From positions 1-64,000 of the forward strand of contig JBBRLQ010000013.1 of the NCBI GenBank assembly GCA_038231275.1: 64,000 bases of DNA, read 5' to 3'. The notes under the pieces were generated by a model, which was not told the DNA's origin, did no database searches, and was given only the letters and a program-made list of their open reading frames with translations. Positions 54,686-64,000 of the stretch are shown here, one piece after another. The translations under genes and the position numbers were made by a program. The first letter of the stretch is position 1. Each line of letters starts with the position of its first letter. The stretch comes from Polyangiales bacterium (GTDB lineage Bacteria; Myxococcota_A; Polyangia; Polyangiales; Polyangiaceae).

Positions 54686-56110
54686 ATGACCCCCGACGAG
54701 TTTCGCCGCTACGGCCACGAGCTGATCGAATGGATCGCCGACTACCGCGCGACGCTGGAATCGCGGCCGGTGATGCCGCCGGTGGTGCCGGGCGCGATCA
54801 AGGCGAGCCTCCCGACATCCCCGCCCGAGACCGCGGAGCCGTTCAGCCGCGTCCTCTCGGACTTCCGCGAGAAGATCGCGCCCGGCCTTCTCCACTGGCA
54901 ACATCCTCGTTTCTTCGGCTTTTTCCCCTCGAACGGCACGCTTTCGTCGGTCCTCGGAGACGTGCTCAGCACGGGCCTCGGAGTCATCGGCCTCTCGTGG
55001 CAGTCGAGCCCCGCGCTCGGCGAGCTCGAGGAGGTCGTGTGCGATTGGGTGCGTCAGCTCGTCGACCTATCGTCCGGTTGGAGCGGAGTCATCCAGGACA
55101 CCGCCTCCACGAGCACACTCGTCGCGCTCGTGTGCGCGCGAGAGAAGAGCAGCGCCTACTCGCTCGCGGGGGACGGCCTCCAGGGGAGCGGCAAACGCCT
55201 GGCCGTGTACGTCTCCTCGCAGAGCCACAGCTCGGTGGAGAAGGCGGCGCTCCTCGCCGGGTTCGGACGGAGCTACGTACGCAGCATCCCCGTCGACGAC
55301 GCGTTCGCGATGCGTCCCGACGCCCTCGCCGCGGCGATCGCGGCCGATCGTGCGGCAGAAATCGTCCCCTGCGCGATCGTCGCGACGACGGGGACGACGA
55401 CCACCACCGCCGCCGATCCGCTCGGCCCGATCGGCGCGATCGCGCGCGAGCACGGCGCCTGGCTCCACGTCGACGCCGCGATGGCCGGCTCCGCGATGAT
55501 CCTGCCGGAGTGCCGCCGCTTGTGGGACGGCGTCGAGCAAGCGGACTCGCTCGTCATCAACGCGCACAAATGGCTCGGCGTCGCGTTCGACTGCTCGCTC
55601 TACTACGTCCGGGATCCCGAGCACCTCGTGCGCGTGATGAGCACGAACCCGAGCTACCTGCAGAGCGCCGTCGACGGCCGCGTGAAGAACTTTCGCGACT
55701 GGGGCATCCCGCTCGGCCGCCGATTCCGTGCGCTCAAGCTCTGGTTCATGCTGCGCGAGCAAGGGGCGGAGGCGCTGCGCGCGCGGTTGCGGCGCGATCT
55801 CGAGAACGCAAAGTGGCTCGAGGCCGAGGTGCGGAAGACGCCAGGCTGGAAGATCCTCGCGCCGGTCGTCCTCCAGACCGTCTGCGTGCGCCACGAGCCG
55901 GACGGCGTCGCCGGCGAACGGCTCGAACGCCACACGCAGGCGTGGGCCGAGCGCCTCAACGCGTCCGGCACCGCCTACGTGACGCCCGCCAAGATCGACG
56001 GATCGTGGATGGTGCGCGTCTCGATCGGCGCGCTCGCGACCGAGCGAGAGCACGTCGCCGCCGTGTGGCAGGCCATGCAAGCGGCGGCTATCATCGAGGC
56101 GAAGCGATGA
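54686..56110 (+). CDS. PLP-dependent aromatic L-amino acid decarboxylase (group II)
   Basis: HWQHPRFFGFFP, WQSSPA, HSSVEKA, HVDAA, NAHKW and LGRRFRALKLW. Confidence 0.92.
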   Translation: MTPDEFRRYGHELIEWIADYRATLESRPVMPPVVPGAIKASLPTSPPETAEPFSRVLSDFREKIAPGLLHWQHPRFFGFFPSNGTLSSVLGDVLSTGLGVIGLSWQSSPALGELEEVVCDWVRQLVDLSSGWSGVIQDTASTSTLVALVCAREKSSAYSLAGDGLQGSGKRLAVYVSSQSHSSVEKAALLAGFGRSYVRSIPVDDAFAMRPDALAAAIAADRAAEIVPCAIVATTGTTTTTAADPLGPIGAIAREHGAWLHVDAAMAGSAMILPECRRLWDGVEQADSLVINAHKWLGVAFDCSLYYVRDPEHLVRVMSTNPSYLQSAVDGRVKNFRDWGIPLGRRFRALKLWFMLREQGAEALRARLRRDLENAKWLEAEVRKTPGWKILAPVVLQTVCVRHEPDGVAGERLERHTQAWAERLNASGTAYVTPAKIDGSWMVRVSIGALATEREHVAAVWQAMQAAAIIEAKR

Positions 56111-56808
56111 GCGACCGCATCCTCCTCGTCGACGACGAGCCCGACATCCTGCAGCTCTTGTCGTTCAACTTGAGCGAGGCCGGCTTCGAGATCGAGGCCG
56201 TGGGAACCGCCGGCGAAGGGTTGGCCGCCGCCGCGCGCGCGCGTCCGAGCGTCGTCATCCTGGACTTGATGCTTCCGGACATGAGCGGCACCGAGGTGTG
56301 CCGGAAGCTCCGCGCCGATCCGCTGACGAGCGATCTGCCGATCCTGATGCTGACCGCGCGCGGCGACGAATACGACAAGGTCCTCGGCTTCGAGGTCGGC
56401 GCCGACGACTACGTGGTGAAGCCGTTCAGCGTGCGCGAGGTCGTGATGCGCGTCCGTGCGCTGGCGCGGCGCGCGCAGGAGCGGACGCAGGCGCGCGCCG
56501 CGACCGAGACCGCCAAACCGCTCGCCTGGCGCGCCCTGGCGGTGGACACCGTGCGCCACCGCGTCACCCTCGACGGCCAGGAGCTGTCGCTTCGGCCCCT
56601 CGAGTTCAAGCTCGTGACGACGTTCCTCGAGAACCCCGGCGTCGTCTACTCGCGCGCGCGCCTCCTCGAGGAAGTCTGGGGGATCACGGCGGAGATGAAC
56701 ACGCGCACCGTCGACACGCATATCCGTCGCCTCCGCGAGCGCCTCGGCACGCACGGCGAGGCGATCGAGACGGTGCACGGCTTCGGCTACCGCCTCGCGC
56801 CCCCGTGA
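56107..56808 (+). CDS. phoB: OmpR/PhoB-family response regulator (PhoB-like)
   Basis: ILLVDDE, LDLMLPDMSG, PILMLTARG, GADDYVVKPFS, RTVDTHIRRLR and IETVHGFGY. Confidence 0.75.
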   Translation: MSDRILLVDDEPDILQLLSFNLSEAGFEIEAVGTAGEGLAAAARARPSVVILDLMLPDMSGTEVCRKLRADPLTSDLPILMLTARGDEYDKVLGFEVGADDYVVKPFSVREVVMRVRALARRAQERTQARAATETAKPLAWRALAVDTVRHRVTLDGQELSLRPLEFKLVTTFLENPGVVYSRARLLEEVWGITAEMNTRTVDTHIRRLRERLGTHGEAIETVHGFGYRLAPP

Positions 56809-56812
56809 CGGA

Positions 56813-57202
56813 TCACAGCGAGATCGACATCCACCCCGAATAGCGGGGCACGCGGAGACGGTGGCTCGGGCGGCGGAGCTCCGACAGATCCACGTCGACG
56901 CCCGAGTCGATCTCGGCGAGGCGAAGACGCGCGCCGCCGACGGAGAGGACCGCGCCGGGCGGCACCACCGTCCACATGATCGCCGGGAGCTTGTCGACGA
57001 AGATGGGCTCGGCGACGCTCGCGCTCAGGGCCCACAGCTCTCCGTCGAAGTGCGCCAGCGAGCCGTGCAGGCAGAGCACGCCGTCGGCCGTGACGACGAA
57101 GTCTCCCTCGGAGCCGACCGTGATCGCCTGGCCGGAGCGGAACGAGAGGGTCTCGGTCCCGGCCCGGCCGACGAGCGCTTCCACGCGGATTTCGAAGGTC
57201 AT
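56813..57202 (-). CDS. Small FHA-like domain protein
   Basis: ITVGS...V...H...IFVD...LSVG pattern; the conserved FHA Arg/Ser residues are absent. Confidence 0.45.
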   Translation of the reverse strand: MTFEIRVEALVGRAGTETLSFRSGQAITVGSEGDFVVTADGVLCLHGSLAHFDGELWALSASVAEPIFVDKLPAIMWTVVPPGAVLSVGGARLRLAEIDSGVDVDLSELRRPSHRLRVPRYSGWMSISL

Positions 57203-57266
57203 ACCTACATGTACGCCTTCCGTCGCTAAGTCTCCCCGCGTTTTCGCTATCTCCCTGGATATTTGA

Positions 57267-58130
57267 TTATTTTACGCCAAGAAGTCCTCGCAGAACGACC
57301 TCAGGGGCGGTGCTCGCGGCGACGCTTCGGTGGCCACCTTCGAAGGCGACGTGGCCCGAGTTGATGCCCGCCGTCATCTCCTTGAAGAGGCCCGCGACGT
57401 CGTCGCTGATGCCGTGGCCCGTCAGCACGGCAACCATGGCATCGAGCGGCGCTTCGGTGACCTTCACGGGCTTTCCGATCACGCGCGAGATGGCCGCGGC
57501 GAACTGCTCGAACGAGACGTTCGAGCCCAGCTCGACGATTTGATTCTTGGTCGTGCCCTCGACGAGGAGCTGCGCGGCGAGCCGGCCGATGTCGACGGTG
57601 GCGACGGCCGGAAACTCGTGCTTCGCCGGCGTGAAGCTCGGCAGGATCCCCTGATCGAGCTGGCCGAGCGAACCGCCGACGTTCTCGATGAAAGAGCCGG
57701 CGCGAAGGAACGAGAAGGCAGTGCCGGGGATCGCCGCGAAGGCCTTCTCCGCGGCGTGGACCGACCTGATGGGGCCGGTGCCGGCGGGGTGCTGCGCGCC
57801 GACCGACGACAGGAAGACGACGTGCGGCACGCGCGCCGTGCCGACCGCCTCCGCGATCGCGCGCGTCACCGCCGCTTGCGACGCGAGCAGCGTTGGGTTC
57901 GTGTAGTCGGGCGGCACCAAGAGGTACGCGCCCGACACGCCCTCGAGCGCACGCGCCAAGGCCGACGCGTCCGAGAGATCGGCCACCGCGACCTCTGCCC
58001 CCTTGGCCTTCCACGCCTCGCCTTTGGCCGCTGTGCGGACGATGACGCGAACCTTCTTGCCCTGCGAAAGGAGCGTGTCTGCGACGACCTTGCCCGTATT
58101 CCCCGAAACCCCTGCGATCGCGAACGTCAT
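57267..58130 (-). CDS. NmrA-family NAD(P)-binding protein
   Basis: IAGVSGNTGK, VADL, HVVFLSS, LRAGSF and VATVDIG. Confidence 0.9.
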   Translation of the reverse strand: MTFAIAGVSGNTGKVVADTLLSQGKKVRVIVRTAAKGEAWKAKGAEVAVADLSDASALARALEGVSGAYLLVPPDYTNPTLLASQAAVTRAIAEAVGTARVPHVVFLSSVGAQHPAGTGPIRSVHAAEKAFAAIPGTAFSFLRAGSFIENVGGSLGQLDQGILPSFTPAKHEFPAVATVDIGRLAAQLLVEGTTKNQIVELGSNVSFEQFAAAISRVIGKPVKVTEAPLDAMVAVLTGHGISDDVAGLFKEMTAGINSGHVAFEGGHRSVAASTAPEVVLRGLLGVK

Positions 58131-58208
58131 GGCGTCTTCTCCTTTTTTTTCGCCCCGTCGGGAGGCGCACAGACAAGATGGGCTCGCACGGCTCATTCGT
58201 CACGTGCA

Positions 58209-58240
58209 ATGATGTCATGACCATCATGCATGGAATGCAT
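58209..58240. promoter_or_regulatory. LysR-type operator (T-N11-A dyads) between nmrA and lysR
   Basis: ATGATG-N7-CATCAT (58209-58227) and ATGCAT-GGA-ATGCAT (58226-58240). Confidence 0.6.
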
Positions 58241-59257
58241 CTCGCCGGCGTCGACCTCAACCTGGCGGTCGTCCTCCATGCGCTGCTCGCCGAGCGCAGC
58301 GTCTCGCGCGCGGCGAAGCGGCTGGGGCTCAGTCAATCGGCGACCAGCCACGCGCTCGCTCGCCTCCGTGTGCTGCTCGGCGATCCAGTGTTCGTGCGGA
58401 CGAAGGACGGCATCGCCCCGACGCCGCGCGCCGACGCCCTGGCCGACAAGCTCGCGGCATCGCTCAGCGCGCTCGAGAACGCGCTGCTCGCCGCGCCGGC
58501 GTTCGACCCCAAGACCGCCAAGCGCAGGTTCTACGTGAGCGCGTCGGACTACGCGGAGTTCGTGCTCCTTCCTCCCCTCCTCGCACGCATCGCGGTGGAG
58601 GCGCCCGGCGTCGACCTGTGGGTTCGACCGTACGATGAAGGTCTCGCCGAGCACCTGCGGCGCGGGGACGTCGACGTCGTGCTCGGTGTTCCGGCGTCGA
58701 TCGAGGACGCGGACGGCATACGGGCCGCGGAGCTCTTCGACGAGCGGTTCGTGTGCCTCGCGCGAAAGGGGCATCCGCTGACGCGGGGGAAGCTGACCCC
58801 CGCGCGCTTCGCGGCGGCGCGGCACGCGTTCATCGCGCCGCGTGGGCGGCCGGGAGGGGTCGTGGACGTCGCGCTCGCCGAGCTGGGGCTGGTGCGCCGC
58901 GTGGCGTTCGCGGTGCCGCATTTCCTCATCGCGCCGCACGTCGTGGCCGAGACCGATCTCGTGCTCACGGTCGCCGCGCGAATCGGGCGTGCGTTCGCGC
59001 GCTCGCTCTCCCTCCAGCTCTTCGAGCCGCCCGTCGCGCTTCCCCATTTCACGCTTTCGATGTTCTGGCATGGCCGACACGACGCCGATTCCGCGCACCT
59101 CTGGCTGCGGCGCGCGCTCGAGGGGGTCGCCGCGGAGCTGATGAGTGGAGCGAAGCGCAGCGCAGCGAAACGCTCCTGGCGGAAAGGCCTGACCGCAGTT
59201 TCCAGTCAGGCCTCGGGGCGCCGCCCGGCACGCGCCAAGGCCGCGCGCGCGCGGTGA
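58226..59257 (+). CDS. LysR-family transcriptional regulator (NodD/DntR-like)
   Basis: DLNL...SVSRAAKRLGLSQSATSHALARLR...GDPVFVR; divergent from nmrA. Confidence 0.93.
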   Translation: MHGMHLAGVDLNLAVVLHALLAERSVSRAAKRLGLSQSATSHALARLRVLLGDPVFVRTKDGIAPTPRADALADKLAASLSALENALLAAPAFDPKTAKRRFYVSASDYAEFVLLPPLLARIAVEAPGVDLWVRPYDEGLAEHLRRGDVDVVLGVPASIEDADGIRAAELFDERFVCLARKGHPLTRGKLTPARFAAARHAFIAPRGRPGGVVDVALAELGLVRRVAFAVPHFLIAPHVVAETDLVLTVAARIGRAFARSLSLQLFEPPVALPHFTLSMFWHGRHDADSAHLWLRRALEGVAAELMSGAKRSAAKRSWRKGLTAVSSQASGRRPARAKAARAR

Positions 59258-59296
59258 TCGCTGTACTCTGCATGTGCCCCCCTGGAGCCGACGACG

Positions 59297-61042
59297 ATGC
59301 CCTTCCCCCAGCTCACCTTCCGGACCAAGCTCCTCGCGAGCCACGTCGGCCTCGTCGCGGTCGTCGTCACGATCGCGTTCCTCCTCTTGAACCGGACGCT
59401 CGGCGCCGATCTGGCCGCGCAGCTCGATCAGCGGCTCGAGGCGCAAGCACGCGGCGCCGCGGTCTGGGTCGGCGAGGGGCGAAGGCACCCCGACAAGCTC
59501 GCCGGGCGCATCGCGCTCATCGTCAGCGCCACGGTCACCATCTTCGACAAGGACGGCAAGGTCGTCGGCGACTCGGCCGGCGCGCCGCCTCCCCGCGATC
59601 TCCCGCCCGAGGTCCTCGCCGCGCAAGCGGGCGACGCGATGGGGCGCGCGTCGCGGGTGACCGATGCGGGCGAGGAGATGCACTACGTCGCGGTGCAAGC
59701 GGGCGACGGCGTCATCTTGCGCCTCGGCGCGCCGCTCAGCGGAATCAACGCCACCGTCCGCGAGATGCGCCACCAGCTATTCGTCGCGAGCGGCATCGCC
59801 CTCGCGATCGCGCTCGGCCTGGGATTTCTCGCCGCGCGCGTCGCGTCCGATCCGCTGCGCGCAATGACCGCGTCGGCGACCCGCCTCATGCGCGGCGACT
59901 ACGACCTCGAGCCGCTGCGTCATTCTCCCGATGAGTTTGGTCTCCTCTCGCGGACCTTGTCGTCGCTCGCGGCCGAGCTCAAATCGAAGATCGGCGACCT
60001 CACGAGCGAGCGCGATCGGCTGTCGGCGATCCTCGCGGGAATGGCCGAAGGCGTGCTCGTCACGGGCGAGGACGGCCGCGTCCTCTTGGCGAACCCCGCG
60101 GCGTCGCAGATCCTTGGCAACGAGCTCCCGCCGGGCACCGCGCTCACCGACGCGGTTCGCGCGCCGGAGTTGCTCGCGTTCATCGAGTCCGCGCGCAAGA
60201 GCGGCGAGATCCGAGAGGACGAGATCGAGACGCACGACCAAGGCGATCGCACGATCGCGCTCTACGTGCGCCCGCTTGGCAGCGATCCGCCGCGCGGCCT
60301 CGTCACGGTGCTCCGCGATCGCACGCGCCTGCTCCACTTGATGGAGCTGCGCAAGGACTTCGTGGCCAATGTGTCCCACGAGCTACGGACGCCGGTGACC
60401 TCCATCCAGGGCTACGCCGAGACGCTCCTCCGCGGGACAACGGACGCGCCCACCACGCGCCAGTTCCTCGAGATCATCCACCGCCAATCGCAGCGCATCG
60501 GGCAGCTCGTGACCGGCCTCCTCCGGTTGTCCGAGCTGGAGGCGCGCCCAGAGAGCGAGGCGGTCCGTGAGCCCGTTTTGCTCTCCGCGGTCGCCGACGC
60601 GGTGCGCGACACCGTCCACGCGCGCCTCGACGAGGCCGGGAGCACCCTCACCGTGACGATCCCCGACGATCTCCGCGTCCTCGGCGATCCCAGCGGCCTC
60701 GAGCAGGTGCTCTTGAACCTCGTCGAAAACGCCCTCAAGTACGGCGCGCGGGACGGCGCGAAGGGGCGCATCGCCGTCTCCGCCACCCGCGACGCGAAGA
60801 ACGCCGTCCTCCGCGTCGAGGACGACGGGCCAGGCATCGAGTCCCGCCACCTCCCGCGCCTCTTCGAGCGCTTCTACCGCATCGACGCCGGCCGCTCGCG
60901 CGATCGCGGCGGCTCGGGGCTCGGCCTGGCCATCGTCAAGCACCTCGTCGAAGCGATGGGCGGCCGGATCGAGGTCCAAAGCCGCGTCGGAGAAGGCTCG
61001 ATCTTCGAGGTGCGTCTCCCGCTCGCCGCAAACGCAAAATAG
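59297..61042 (+). CDS. phoR: Sensor histidine kinase (HAMP-PAS-HisKA-HATPase), PhoR-like
   Basis: Two TM helices, [36 protein letters not shown] and [29 protein letters not shown]. Confidence 0.8.
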   Translation: MPFPQLTFRTKLLASHVGLVAVVVTIAFLLLNRTLGADLAAQLDQRLEAQARGAAVWVGEGRRHPDKLAGRIALIVSATVTIFDKDGKVVGDSAGAPPPRDLPPEVLAAQAGDAMGRASRVTDAGEEMHYVAVQAGDGVILRLGAPLSGINATVREMRHQLFVASGIALAIALGLGFLAARVASDPLRAMTASATRLMRGDYDLEPLRHSPDEFGLLSRTLSSLAAELKSKIGDLTSERDRLSAILAGMAEGVLVTGEDGRVLLANPAASQILGNELPPGTALTDAVRAPELLAFIESARKSGEIREDEIETHDQGDRTIALYVRPLGSDPPRGLVTVLRDRTRLLHLMELRKDFVANVSHELRTPVTSIQGYAETLLRGTTDAPTTRQFLEIIHRQSQRIGQLVTGLLRLSELEARPESEAVREPVLLSAVADAVRDTVHARLDEAGSTLTVTIPDDLRVLGDPSGLEQVLLNLVENALKYGARDGAKGRIAVSATRDAKNAVLRVEDDGPGIESRHLPRLFERFYRIDAGRSRDRGGSGLGLAIVKHLVEAMGGRIEVQSRVGEGSIFEVRLPLAANAK

Positions 61043-61157
61043 TAACAAAATCCGATGCCAATCCAGTAACGTAGCCGTCGTGCGTCAGGGCCTTAGGAGG
61101 GTAGACGAGCTGTCCCCCGACACGTTCATGCGGGTTCCGGTGACTAACCGCTGGACC

Positions 61158-63260
61158 ATGCGGCTTTTGGGCGTCCTAATCGCGCTCGCGCTCGTCGCGG
61201 CGCCCCGCCACGCGCGCGCGGACGACGCGCCGGTTATCGCCGCGGTCGAGAAGATCCAGCGCGACGACATCGCGAACGCGAACTTCGGCGACGCCAAGAA
61301 GAAGCTCAAGGCGATGCTCGAAAAATGCGGAAAAAGGCCCGTATGCGGGACCAACGCCGTCGCCCAAATCCACCTCACGCTCGGCATGGTCAACGCCCAG
61401 ATCGGCCGCGACGACGAGGCGAAGCAGGAGTACACGGACGCCCTCAACGCCGACGCGTCGACCTCGCTCCCGGCGAGCGGCACGACCGACTCGATGAAGA
61501 AGGTCTTCGCGGACGCGCAAAAGGGGTGGATCGCCGCGCACCCGCAGCCCGACGACTCGACCAAGGCCGGATGGCAAAACAAGGTCGCCTTCGATTTCGC
61601 GACCGCGGCGACGACGGCCGACCAGCAAGGGAACTTCCCGGACTGCATCCAGAAGGATCGCGCCGCCCTCCAGCTCGAGGAGCAGCAGCGCGCCCGCCTC
61701 CACCTCGCCGGCTGCGAGCAGAAGGCCGGCAAGATCATCGACGCGCTCCGCGACGCGCAGAAGGCTTACGAAGGCGCGAGCCAGAAGAAGGACCTCATCG
61801 TCAGCAAGGCCGCGCAGGTCAAGCTCGCAGAGCTGATCCCGAAGATCGCGCACGTCACCTTCAAGCCGCCGGTAGGGGCAGGCGCCCTGAAGGTGACCTT
61901 CGACGAGAAGCCGGTCCCGTCCGACAAGCTCACCCAGAACTTCTCGATCGATCCCGGCCAGCACCATGCGCACGCCGAAGGGCAGGTCTCCGGCATCCTG
62001 ATGAGCTTCGATCAGACGGTCGATCTCAAAGAGGGCGAGACGCAGGAGGTCGATATCCGCCTCAAGCCGACGGCCCTCACGCCGGGCGAGCTCGAGTGCA
62101 TGCTCAAGGCGAAGACGGAGGAGGAGATCCGCGCCTGCCTCCCCAAGAACGAGAAGCCCCTCGTCGTTCGCGCCGCGCTCGACTTTGGCGGGTACACGGA
62201 CAGCGTGTCGGTCAACGTCCTCAGCCCGGCGATCCGCGGCTCGATCGTATCGCCGACCGGCGGCTGGAACGTCGGCGCCAGCTACACGCTCGACGTGCTC
62301 ACCGCGGCGTCGCCCGACGTCGTCGCCACCGCGTCGCGCCGCTTCTACGACACGCGGCACGCCGTCACCGCGACCGGCGGGTACAAGCCGGGCCGCTTCG
62401 GCGGACAGATCTCGGCGTTCGGGTCGTCGGAGAAGGACTACTTCTCGCGCGGCGTGAACGTCACCGCGAACGGGGATTTTTTCGACAAGCAGCTCACGCC
62501 GCAGATTGGCGTCGGCTACAGCATCGACACCGCCGGCCGCTCGTCCACCCCGTTCAGCATCTTCAACGAGAAGTACACGACGCTGACGCTGAGCGGCGGC
62601 GCCACCATCGTCGCCTCCCCCACATCGGTGCTCGTGGTCGGCCTCACGATGATGCTGGAGCGCGGCGACCAGTCGAAGCCCTACCGCTGGATCCCGATCT
62701 TCGACACCGGCTTCACCGTGCCGATCGGCGCGTCGATCAGCTCGGTCAACGCGAACCGCCTGCCCATCCGCCCGCTCGAGCACCTGCCCACGGAGCGCGA
62801 TCGCTACTCGCTCAACGGGCGCTACCTCCTCCGCGTGAAGGGCCGCTCGACGCTGCGCCTCGAAGAGCGCATCTACTACGACAGCTGGGGCGTCAAGGCG
62901 AGCACCACCGACGGCCGCTGGATGTATGATCTCTCGAAGAGCCTAGTCGTGTGGCCCCACGTGCACCTCAACGCGCAGACCGGCGCGAATTTCTTCCAAC
63001 GCGCCTACAACGCGACATTGAATCCTGACGGTTCGATCGGCCTCCCCGCCAACCGGACGACCGATCGCGAGCTCTCGCCGCTCATCACGATCGCCGGCGG
63101 CCCCGGAACCCGACTTGCGCTCACGCCGCCCGAGAACAAGATTCAGATAGGCCTCTCGCTCCAGGCCGACGTCATGTACAGCCGCTATTTCAACGCGCTC
63201 TTCATCAAGCAGAGGATGGCCTACTACGGCACTCTGGGCTTCGACGGGGAGTTCGAATGA
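61158..63260 (+). CDS. DUF3570-like outer-membrane protein with N-terminal TPR/PEGA-like region
   Basis: Signal peptide; YTLDVLTAASPD, SSEKDY, GDQSKPYR, EHLPTERDR, YYDSWGV and DRELSP. The start could be 61080 or 61128. Confidence 0.7.
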   Translation: MRLLGVLIALALVAAPRHARADDAPVIAAVEKIQRDDIANANFGDAKKKLKAMLEKCGKRPVCGTNAVAQIHLTLGMVNAQIGRDDEAKQEYTDALNADASTSLPASGTTDSMKKVFADAQKGWIAAHPQPDDSTKAGWQNKVAFDFATAATTADQQGNFPDCIQKDRAALQLEEQQRARLHLAGCEQKAGKIIDALRDAQKAYEGASQKKDLIVSKAAQVKLAELIPKIAHVTFKPPVGAGALKVTFDEKPVPSDKLTQNFSIDPGQHHAHAEGQVSGILMSFDQTVDLKEGETQEVDIRLKPTALTPGELECMLKAKTEEEIRACLPKNEKPLVVRAALDFGGYTDSVSVNVLSPAIRGSIVSPTGGWNVGASYTLDVLTAASPDVVATASRRFYDTRHAVTATGGYKPGRFGGQISAFGSSEKDYFSRGVNVTANGDFFDKQLTPQIGVGYSIDTAGRSSTPFSIFNEKYTTLTLSGGATIVASPTSVLVVGLTMMLERGDQSKPYRWIPIFDTGFTVPIGASISSVNANRLPIRPLEHLPTERDRYSLNGRYLLRVKGRSTLRLEERIYYDSWGVKASTTDGRWMYDLSKSLVVWPHVHLNAQTGANFFQRAYNATLNPDGSIGLPANRTTDRELSPLITIAGGPGTRLALTPPENKIQIGLSLQADVMYSRYFNALFIKQRMAYYGTLGFDGEFE

Positions 63261-63826
63261 GCACGCTCGCCAACACCTCGCGCTTCGGCGTGGTCCTCGT
63301 GATCGCGGCACTCGCCGCGTGCGGCCTCGACCCCATCCACGACGGCGCCGTCGCCGCGCAGGGCAAGGAGACGACCGGCGTGCCGATCGGCCCCTTCCAC
63401 CGCGCCGGTCAGCCCTGCGTCGTCTGCCACGAAGATCACGGGCCCGCGTCGAACGTCGTGTTCTCCGTCGCAGGAACCATCTTCGCGGGCCCCACCGGCA
63501 CGGTCGGCGTCGACGGCGCGACCGTCCAGATGACCGACTCGAAGGGCTCCAAGTTCGAGAAGGCGACCAACTGCGTCGGCAACTTCTTCGTGAAGCCCTC
63601 CGAGTGGGACCCCGCCTTCCCCATCCTCGTCCGCGTCTCCAAGGGGGCCGCCAAGCGCTCGATGAAGACCCCCATCGGCCGCGAGCCATCGTGCGGCAAC
63701 TGCCACGTCACCATCATCAACGACACGAACCAGTTCGGTTCGATGGCGCACATCTACCTGTTCGCCGGCGACGATCCCGCGGGGCCCGCCAAAGACTGCC
63801 CTGTCAACCCGGACCTCGGACTATGA
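63257..63826 (+). CDS. Di-heme (2 x CxxCH) lipoprotein
   Basis: Lipobox LAAC, HRAGQPCVVCH, TNCVGNF and SCGNCH. Confidence 0.8.
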   Translation: MSTLANTSRFGVVLVIAALAACGLDPIHDGAVAAQGKETTGVPIGPFHRAGQPCVVCHEDHGPASNVVFSVAGTIFAGPTGTVGVDGATVQMTDSKGSKFEKATNCVGNFFVKPSEWDPAFPILVRVSKGAAKRSMKTPIGREPSCGNCHVTIINDTNQFGSMAHIYLFAGDDPAGPAKDCPVNPDLGL

Positions 63827-64000
63827 AGCGCGGCCCCTTCGTCTTCTCGATTCTGTCCTCGGCGTTCGGCGCATTTGGCGCGGTCTGCCTCGTGATGGCC
63901 TGCTCGTCCTCGCCCTCCACGTCCGACAAATTCACCGTGTCAGGCCCCAACCCCGGCGACTTCTCCACGACGGTCGGCGGCGTCGACCCCGTCTTCGAGC
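63823..64000 (+). CDS. Lipoprotein, 5' part (runs off the window end)
   Basis: ATGA overlap; MKRGPFVFSILSSAFGAFGAVCLVMACSSSP..., open to the window end. Confidence 0.65.
   Translation, partial: MKRGPFVFSILSSAFGAFGAVCLVMACSSSPSTSDKFTVSGPNPGDFSTTVGGVDPVFE

Noticed and set aside
56795..59290. GCCCCC at both ends of the phoB-phoR insert as a target-site duplication
   Set aside because: Too short and GC-rich to be significant, and there is no transposase.

Overview
High-GC (roughly 70%) bacterial chromosome segment, most consistent with a myxobacterium of the Polyangiales/Labilithrix type. The grounds are a MYXO-CTERM-like tail, a TonB_C-fused TonB-dependent receptor and very many Cys-rich lipoproteins. 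It is a metal, oxyanion and respiration neighbourhood. In order it holds: (i) cbb3 oxidase genes ccoI-ccoS-ccoN, divergent from a CBS/hemerythrin/CBS triad, with sigma54-like promoters; (ii) the selenocysteine machinery selB, selA and selC; (iii) an ECF sigma/anti-sigma/S41 protease unit; (iv) a long minus-strand molybdenum cluster with a MOSC protein, modCB, modA, two MoSto-like genes, an ATPase-less EcfT+S-component fusion, cytochrome c lipoproteins and lipoproteins resembling Cys-less sulfite-oxidase Moco domains; (v) a lipoprotein truncated globin; (vi) TonB-dependent uptake loci; (vii) a multiheme cytochrome operon; (viii) a YtkA/FixH metal-uptake operon led by a CxxC+RAPP ORF; (ix) a PstS-like/porin/TBDR locus; (x) phoB- and phoR-like genes split by a three-gene insertion; (xi) the start of a DUF3570-type operon. 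The strongest non-annotated signals are three. One is a recurring 11-bp-period direct-repeat (Pho-box-like) motif upstream of at least five genes, including the MoSto genes, with two copies 24/25 identical 19 kb apart. The second is the EcfT-S fusion and Moco-fold lipoprotein set, a candidate Mo-cofactor or pterin uptake and storage system. The third is a non-coding 6x14-bp tandem array. All functional calls come from motif recognition by eye; no searches were run.
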